A stretch of 32,000 nucleotides of DNA from Rhodobiaceae bacterium (GTDB lineage: Bacteria; Pseudomonadota; Alphaproteobacteria; Rhizobiales; JANQQB01): contig JANQQB010000142.1 of the NCBI GenBank assembly GCA_028285165.1, positions 44,678-76,677 of the forward strand. The letters run 5' to 3'. Under the pieces are notes generated by a model, which saw only the letters and a list, made by a program, of their open reading frames with translations, was not told the origin of the DNA and did no database searches. Each line of letters begins with the position of its first letter. Within the stretch, counting starts at the first letter, position 1. This document shows, piece by piece, positions 27,582-32,000 of this stretch. The position numbers and the translations under genes were made by a program.

Positions 27582-28484
27582 CTATGCTGTCGACCGCTCC
27601 TGCTTCAGCTGCGCCTCCATCCAGGACCGAAAGGCCCGGATCTTGGCGGTGTTTCGGCGGTCGTGCGGCGATACCAGCCAGAACGCATCGCCGCTTCCGT
27701 GTGTGATGTCGAAGGGCTGCACAAGCCGGCCGCTCTGCAGCGCGTCCCGGTGGAGAGCCGGTGTCAGGCGGCCGACGCCGTGCCCGGCGATGGCGGCATT
27801 CGCCTCGAGCACTTCGGCGTCGAAGCGCACGTTGGTTTCGGTTTGCTGCACGGGTTCGAACGGAACGCCGGCACGGGCGAACCACGCCGGCCACCAGGGA
27901 TGGGACGGGTCGAGCAAGGGCAGTTTCAGGAGATCGGCCGGGGTCCGGACACCGCCGATCGTCTCGGCGAGGTTCAGACTGAGCATCGGTGCCATTTCGG
28001 CGTGGAACAGACGCACGCTCTTCAGGCCGGGCCAGCTCCCCTGTCCCTGGCGAATAGCCAAATCGGCGTCGCTGGTTTCGAAGTCGATCAGGTCCTGGCT
28101 GACCTCGACGCGCACGGCGATGTCCGGATGGTCGATCTGAAACAGACCGAGCCGGGCCGCAAGAAAGTTGGATGCAAAAGTCGGGATCACATTGATCACA
28201 AGGGTTTCCTGACCGGTCGTCCGGGCTTCGGCAAACGCATCGCGCAATTGATCGAGCGCGCTTGTCGTTCGACGGAACAATTGGCGGCCGAGTTCGGTCA
28301 GCACCACGCCGCGCGCCTGCCGTAAAAACAGCCTTTCACCGATCCGGTCCTCAAGTACGCGGATCTGGTAACTTACGGCGGCCTGCGTCATGCCGAGAGT
28401 TTCGGAGGCACGGGTGAAGTTTTCGTGCTTCGCGGCGGCCTCAAAGACCCGGATGGCCGCGAGTGGAGGCAGATCGGCGCTCAA
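27582..28484 (-). CDS. LysR family transcriptional regulator (GcvA-like subgroup)
   Basis: N-terminal wHTH LPPLAAIRVFEAAAKHENFTRASETLGMTQAAVSYQIRVLEDRIG plus a LysR substrate-binding domain. The start codon is TTG (28482-28484): an in-frame stop 27 nt upstream excludes any ATG, and AAGGAG lies 9 nt upstream. Confidence 0.9.
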   Translation of the reverse strand: MSADLPPLAAIRVFEAAAKHENFTRASETLGMTQAAVSYQIRVLEDRIGERLFLRQARGVVLTELGRQLFRRTTSALDQLRDAFAEARTTGQETLVINVIPTFASNFLAARLGLFQIDHPDIAVRVEVSQDLIDFETSDADLAIRQGQGSWPGLKSVRLFHAEMAPMLSLNLAETIGGVRTPADLLKLPLLDPSHPWWPAWFARAGVPFEPVQQTETNVRFDAEVLEANAAIAGHGVGRLTPALHRDALQSGRLVQPFDITHGSGDAFWLVSPHDRRNTAKIRAFRSWMEAQLKQERSTA

Positions 28485-28485
28485 G

Positions 28486-28504
28486 GCATAAATCTCCTTT
28501 ATGC
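28486..28504. promoter_or_regulatory. LTTR-box-like perfect palindrome (T-N11-A) abutting the LysR start
   Basis: GCATAAA-TCTCC-TTTATGC: 7-bp perfect arms, containing T(28489)-N11-A(28501). It sits in the divergent LysR/RidA region, 134 nt upstream of the ridA ATG, and overlaps the LysR gene's own Shine-Dalgarno. Confidence 0.5.
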
Positions 28505-28637
28505 CACCTTACGCGCGATCGATTGGTAACAGAAGCAAAACCCGCGCATCTGGTGAACAGCGGGCGGGCGGACCCGACGATGCACGCCCTGCCTGGCACG
28601 GTTACCCGCTTCACGCCCTTGAGCAGGACATCGGACA

Positions 28638-29042
28638 ATGAGCGCGATCAGACACGACCCCTTCCCCGGAAATGCGGCGTTCCAGGGCATTTACTCCCAT
28701 GCGGTCGAAACCGGCCCGGACATGCGTCTGCTGCACGTGTCCGGTCAGGTCGGCACGAACGAGAACGGCATAGCGCCGCCGGATTTCGAAGGGCAATGCC
28801 GGATCGCCCTTGAAAAGCTCGAAACCGTCTTGCGCTCCGCCGACATGACGTTTGCGGATATCATCAAAATGGGTTTCTTGCTGGTTCGTCCGGAAGACAT
28901 GCCGGCGCTGGTCACGCTTCGAAAGGAATATCTCGACGGCGTCCGTCCGGCCGTCACGACGCTTTATGTCGCCGGCCTGGTCTCGCCGGATTGGCTCGTC
29001 GAGATCGAGGCTGTCGCGGCCGCGCCCTCGTCCCGATCGTGA
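28638..29042 (+). CDS. RidA/YjgF/L-PSP family protein (reactive enamine/imine deaminase-like)
   Basis: 134 aa with a family-typical pattern (LLHVSGQVG ..., DIIKMGFLLVRPEDM, TLYVAGLVSPDWLVEIEAVA). Confidence 0.85.
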   Translation: MSAIRHDPFPGNAAFQGIYSHAVETGPDMRLLHVSGQVGTNENGIAPPDFEGQCRIALEKLETVLRSADMTFADIIKMGFLLVRPEDMPALVTLRKEYLDGVRPAVTTLYVAGLVSPDWLVEIEAVAAAPSSRS

Positions 29043-29407
29043 TTGACCATCCGTTGCGCTTGCCGAGCGGACACAGCATCGATTAAAGGTCCTATCGAGG
29101 CTGTTCCAAAGTATTGTCGCGAGCGGTCCTTTGCAATTGATTTGCGATACTTGTTGTATTCGCTCAGATCAATGAATAGGCCTTTATCCGGCCCTTTGCC
29201 GATGACGTAGATTTCCAGTTGATTTCTAAAAAAACCAGGTTTCGCATTTACTTCCTGCAAACTACGCTGACGGCCTGAGTAACGACTCTTACACCTTGTC
29301 CAGTCACCCGGTGTTAAGAGGACCACAAGTATGCTTCGCGTACGGTTTCGATACTCACGGGGGCAGTCGTCCTGCGGCGCAGCCGGGTCTGGCGACTGAA
29401 ACAATCC

Positions 29408-29749
29408 ATGACCGACTTTCCGGTAAGACTGCTCGTGGCGGGTTTTCTGCTGTCCGCCGCTTTTGCCTTTGGCTTCTGGTACGGTGGCGCCGGACTTGTC
29501 GTGCCCTTCCTGGTCTTCTGGATCGGCGGCGCCCTCTGTGTCTTGTTGCTCGCAGTGACCCCTGGCCTCGGTCGGGCGTTCGTCACCCGGCCCAACGATG
29601 ACGATGTTGCGAGAAACCTTGTGACGGAAGCCGAACTTTGGCACTGGGATTCCGATCGCATCCTCGACACGTTGCGCGACCAGGTATCGGCCGGTCAGGC
29701 CCACGCACAACCGGTCAAGGCGCCGGGATCGGTGCGCCGCACCGGATAG
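29408..29749 (+). CDS. Hypothetical small membrane protein (two predicted TM helices + acidic tail)
   Basis: 113-aa ORF with host-like GC and GC-rich third positions. It has two hydrophobic stretches (LLVAGFLLSAAFAFGFWYGG; VVPFLVFWIGGALCVLLLAV). No recognisable family and no clear Shine-Dalgarno. Confidence 0.5.
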   Translation: MTDFPVRLLVAGFLLSAAFAFGFWYGGAGLVVPFLVFWIGGALCVLLLAVTPGLGRAFVTRPNDDDVARNLVTEAELWHWDSDRILDTLRDQVSAGQAHAQPVKAPGSVRRTG

Positions 29750-29782
29750 AGTTCCACTCCTTTACAGTTTCAATATTGCCGG

Positions 29783-29818
29783 CTGGCACGCGCGGTAAAT
29801 GGGCACCACGCGCGCCAG
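29783..29818. terminator. GC-rich hairpin between convergent small genes
   Basis: CTGGCACGCGCGGT (29783-29796) / ACCACGCGCGCCAG (29805-29818): 12 of 14 positions pair, with an 8-nt loop. It lies 34 nt after the stop at 29749 and 93 nt after the - strand stop at 29911. No U-tract. Confidence 0.4.
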
Positions 29819-29910
29819 AGTTCATGGCTTCGGTCCGCGGGCGTGCTTCATCTGAAATCTGCCGATCTTTCTCGTCGAACACTTGCCGGCGGGTGTTGCG
29901 ATCCAGGCCA

Positions 29911-30237
29911 TCAAAGACGCCGACGTGTGAAAATCGCCATCGTCTGCGGACCGCTCGAACCGGAAAAGCCCAGCTGAAAGGCAATTTGGGCATTCGTCAC
30001 GACGCTGGCGCTGAAAAGCCCAACTGCCTGAGTGGTCGCCGCGGGCCATTCGGTATCGACATGGTTCGAAAACATTTCACCGTCGGTACCGGGTGTGATG
30101 CCGTTGAATCCAAAGAAAAGCAGTTCTGCTGCTGCTGCAGTTTTATAGGACGCTTGATCGGTGAAACCGGTCACGTGGGCTTGCGCATCGGTATCAATTC
30201 CAAGCGCGACAATCAGGGAAAGCAATATTCGATACAT
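29911..30237 (-). CDS. Hypothetical small secreted protein
   Basis: I place the start at the second Met (ATG 30235-30237), which has GGAGA 7-8 nt upstream and gives a signal-peptide-like N-terminus MYRILLSLIVALGIDTDAQA. GC is lower than in flanking genes. The family is not recognised; the N-terminal FTDQASYKTAA...FFGFNG is reminiscent of some secreted/PEP-CTERM-type proteins, but no sorting tail is present. Confidence 0.5.
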   Translation of the reverse strand: MYRILLSLIVALGIDTDAQAHVTGFTDQASYKTAAAAELLFFGFNGITPGTDGEMFSNHVDTEWPAATTQAVGLFSASVVTNAQIAFQLGFSGSSGPQTMAIFTRRRL

Positions 30238-30590
30238 CAATATTCTCCAAAGACAATGCATGCACGAGCCAAATGAACTCGCCAGTCGATCTCTACGCCG
30301 AGCATTCGATTACTCAACTCGTATATTTCCGAATTCTTTTGCGGATGTAATAATCTTCTAGGGAAATGTTTTGTTGAGTTTGGGAAAATGCAAGAAATCG
30401 CCGCGCGAAGTTTCCATTTCCATGCAGTCTTCCGGAGTTGATCTTGACTCCGTGGTGGGCGAACCAGCGTGAACGCGTTCGCCTTCACATCCGCAACAGC
30501 CGGCCAAACACTGTTGCTGATGCTCAAGTTTTGAGGTGAATCGGTTCCGCTGGCGAGGACACCGGACGCTCTGTCCGCACGCATTCCCGG

Positions 30591-31370
30591 TCAGGCAGAA
30601 AGGCGGTCCAGGAGTGCGGGTAGATCCGCAACCGTATCGATGACGTGGTCGGCGCCGGCCGCCTTCAGTTTTTGCATCGCTCCGGCTCGTAAATCAGCCA
30701 CTTCGTTTTCGGGCAGGGCTGCGAGCTCTTCCGGTGTCTTGCCGACATAGTTTCCCGACAGCGCGACCCCGACGGTCAGGCATCCGGCTGCCACCCCTTC
30801 GGCGATACCCGGCTCAGTGTCGTCGACCTTGATGACTGCGGCCGGCGGATAGGCGACAAGGTCGACGAAACACTTGTACATGCCGAGCGGACCCGGCCGG
30901 CCTTCCGGCAGATCGTCGGCGCAAACGAGGTTGTCCGGCGCATATCCCTGTTCGGCGGCGATCGGCAAGACGCGTTCCATAATGGAGCGCGTGTATCCGG
31001 TGGTTGACCCGATCTTCAGACCCCGGGCACGCAATATCTCGATCGCCTCACGGGCGCCGGGAACGAGCGTGGCATAGTCGACGACGACGGCTTCGTTCAT
31101 TGGAACGAAGACCTCGTACACCCGGTCGATGTCCGCCTCGCCTGGTGCGTGCCCGTAGCAGTCTTTCCATTGTGCGGCGATCGGGGGCATGGCCATCATC
31201 GCCTTGATGTGGTCGCGCTTCGGCATGCCCATCGGTTCGCGGGCCTGGTCCATGTCGGCTTCGATGCCGAATTCGGCAAACGCCTTAACGAACACGCCCA
31301 TCGGCGCAAACGAGCCGAAATCAATCATCGTGCCGGCCCAATCGAACACGACCGCCTTGAATTCCGTCAT
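30591..31370 (-). CDS. phnX: Phosphonoacetaldehyde hydrolase (phosphonatase)
   Basis: HAD-family motifs in PhnX-specific form: VVFDWAGTMIDFG (nucleophile Asp), AREPMGMPKRDHI (cap-domain Schiff-base Lys), KIGSTTGYTR, KVDDTEPGIAEGVAAG. It aligns along its full length with my recollection of Bacillus cereus PhnX. I place the start at Met60 of the track ORF (ATG 31368-31370). Confidence 0.92.
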   Translation of the reverse strand: MTEFKAVVFDWAGTMIDFGSFAPMGVFVKAFAEFGIEADMDQAREPMGMPKRDHIKAMMAMPPIAAQWKDCYGHAPGEADIDRVYEVFVPMNEAVVVDYATLVPGAREAIEILRARGLKIGSTTGYTRSIMERVLPIAAEQGYAPDNLVCADDLPEGRPGPLGMYKCFVDLVAYPPAAVIKVDDTEPGIAEGVAAGCLTVGVALSGNYVGKTPEELAALPENEVADLRAGAMQKLKAAGADHVIDTVADLPALLDRLSA

Positions 31371-31651
31371 GATACCCCCGCCAAAATCGAAACCCCCGCT
31401 TCCTGCGACAGTGCCGAATACCACCGAACGGCCATTGCGCTGCAACGAGACATCAACAGAATGCCCAGCCGCCGAGGGCGCGCCGCATTCAACCGTTCTT
31501 CTGATGGATTCGGGTAGACCTGCAAGGATAATGTGATTCCGGGTCACTCAGTAATCGCGTTATGCCGCCAGCGTCCCACAAGAAACATGGACCCGGGACG
31601 GTTGCGCAGCCGTGATTTGCGAAGCGCGCAGAGGTTGCCTATCTATGGCCG

Positions 31652-32000
31652 ATGCGTGCCATCCTTATCGCTTTTCTGGTGCTTCTGATCGGGCCCGTGC
31701 TCCTGCGGGCAGCCGTCTATGCGGCGAGCGAACCGCAGGCGCATTGGTCGAATGCCGACCGCTCGCCGGTCGGGCTGGCGCCGGATCCGATGATCGAACG
31801 GGATGCCATCGTTCAGGTCTATGCGGCGCGCGCCTATCGCTGGCGTGGCATCTTTGCGGTTCACACCTGGATCGCGATCAAACCGGTCGGCGCCGACGAC
31901 TACACGCGCTATGACGTCATGGGATGGGGCCGGCCGCTGCGCATCAGTTCGGGCACGCCCGACAGCCGCTGGTTCGGCAACGATCCGGAATTGCTGTTTG
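31652..32000 (+). CDS. DUF3750-family protein, 5' part (runs off the window)
   Basis: This open-ended ORF is absent from the supplied track. From ATG 31652 it encodes MRAILIAFLVLLIGPVLLRAAVYAAS (TM/signal), then VQVYAARAYRWRGIFAVHTWIAIKPVGADDYTRYDVMGWGRPLRI...RWFGNDPELL, which matches my recollection of the DUF3750 core. No stop before 32000. Confidence 0.7.
   Translation, partial: MRAILIAFLVLLIGPVLLRAAVYAASEPQAHWSNADRSPVGLAPDPMIERDAIVQVYAARAYRWRGIFAVHTWIAIKPVGADDYTRYDVMGWGRPLRISSGTPDSRWFGNDPELLF

Noticed and set aside
29715-29993. Possible frameshifted continuation of the small secreted ORF. The frame reading FSHVGVFDGLDRNTRRQVFDE continues for about 70 codons after the stop at 29911, and a 1-nt change near the TTTT run at about 29931-29934 would join the two frames.
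   Set aside because: The continuation is Arg-rich, has no recognisable domain or sorting signal, runs through the GC hairpin and overlaps the convergent + strand ORF end. There is not enough evidence to call a pseudogene.
30458-30483. Hairpin GGCGAAC / GTTCGCC containing the 10-bp palindrome GAACGCGTTC, downstream of phnX.
   Set aside because: It lies 107 nt from the phnX stop and has no U-tract on either strand. Its function is not inferable, so I note it only as part of the islet.
29638-30584. ORFs 29638-30276 (+, 212 aa) and 30237-30584 (-, 115 aa) in the low-GC islet.
   Set aside because: Their translations are compositionally odd (Arg/Ser/Cys-rich, CCCC run). They have no Shine-Dalgarno and overlap better-supported ORFs or the AT-rich promoter-like region.

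Overview
This is a high-GC chromosomal segment (hand-counted 60-nt blocks in genes are about 60-72% GC). It looks alphaproteobacterial: it carries a PopZ homologue, a valS-popZ-tolC-pcm block, glnB-glnA and a GANTC cluster. Most of it is ordinary core genome. From left to right: nnr; glnB-glnA with a sigma54-like promoter and a clean terminator; a PhnZ-like HD-domain protein; a divergent MFS transporter / AraC regulator pair; valS; popZ-like; tolC; pcm; and an MlaA/VacJ-like lipoprotein. A hopanoid biosynthesis/transport cluster of about 13 kb follows: hpnN-hpnM-ispH-hpnH on the + strand converging on hpnC-hpnD-hpnE-shc-hpnG on the - strand, with hpnB divergent from hpnC. After that come a LysR regulator / RidA pair, a low-GC islet of about 1.5 kb (29.0-30.6 kb) with two small hypothetical membrane/secreted proteins, an isolated phnX, and a DUF3750-like ORF running off the window edge. 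I found no rRNA, tRNA, CRISPR array, transposase, integrase or recognisable defence system. The observations most worth follow-up are: (1) MlaA-like and MlaC-like (HpnM) proteins flanking the RND transporter HpnN, which may form a trans-envelope hopanoid route; (2) an orphan PhnZ-like HD oxygenase and an orphan PhnX, neither in a canonical phosphonate operon; (3) a PopZ homologue with an expanded acidic linker encoded partly by a (GTC)7(TTC)4 microsatellite, with four GANTC sites upstream; and (4) the low-GC islet. I did not find convincing evidence of a wholly new multi-gene system. Several ORF-track starts appear over-extended and are corrected below. The many long ORFs antisense to real genes are treated as high-GC artefacts.
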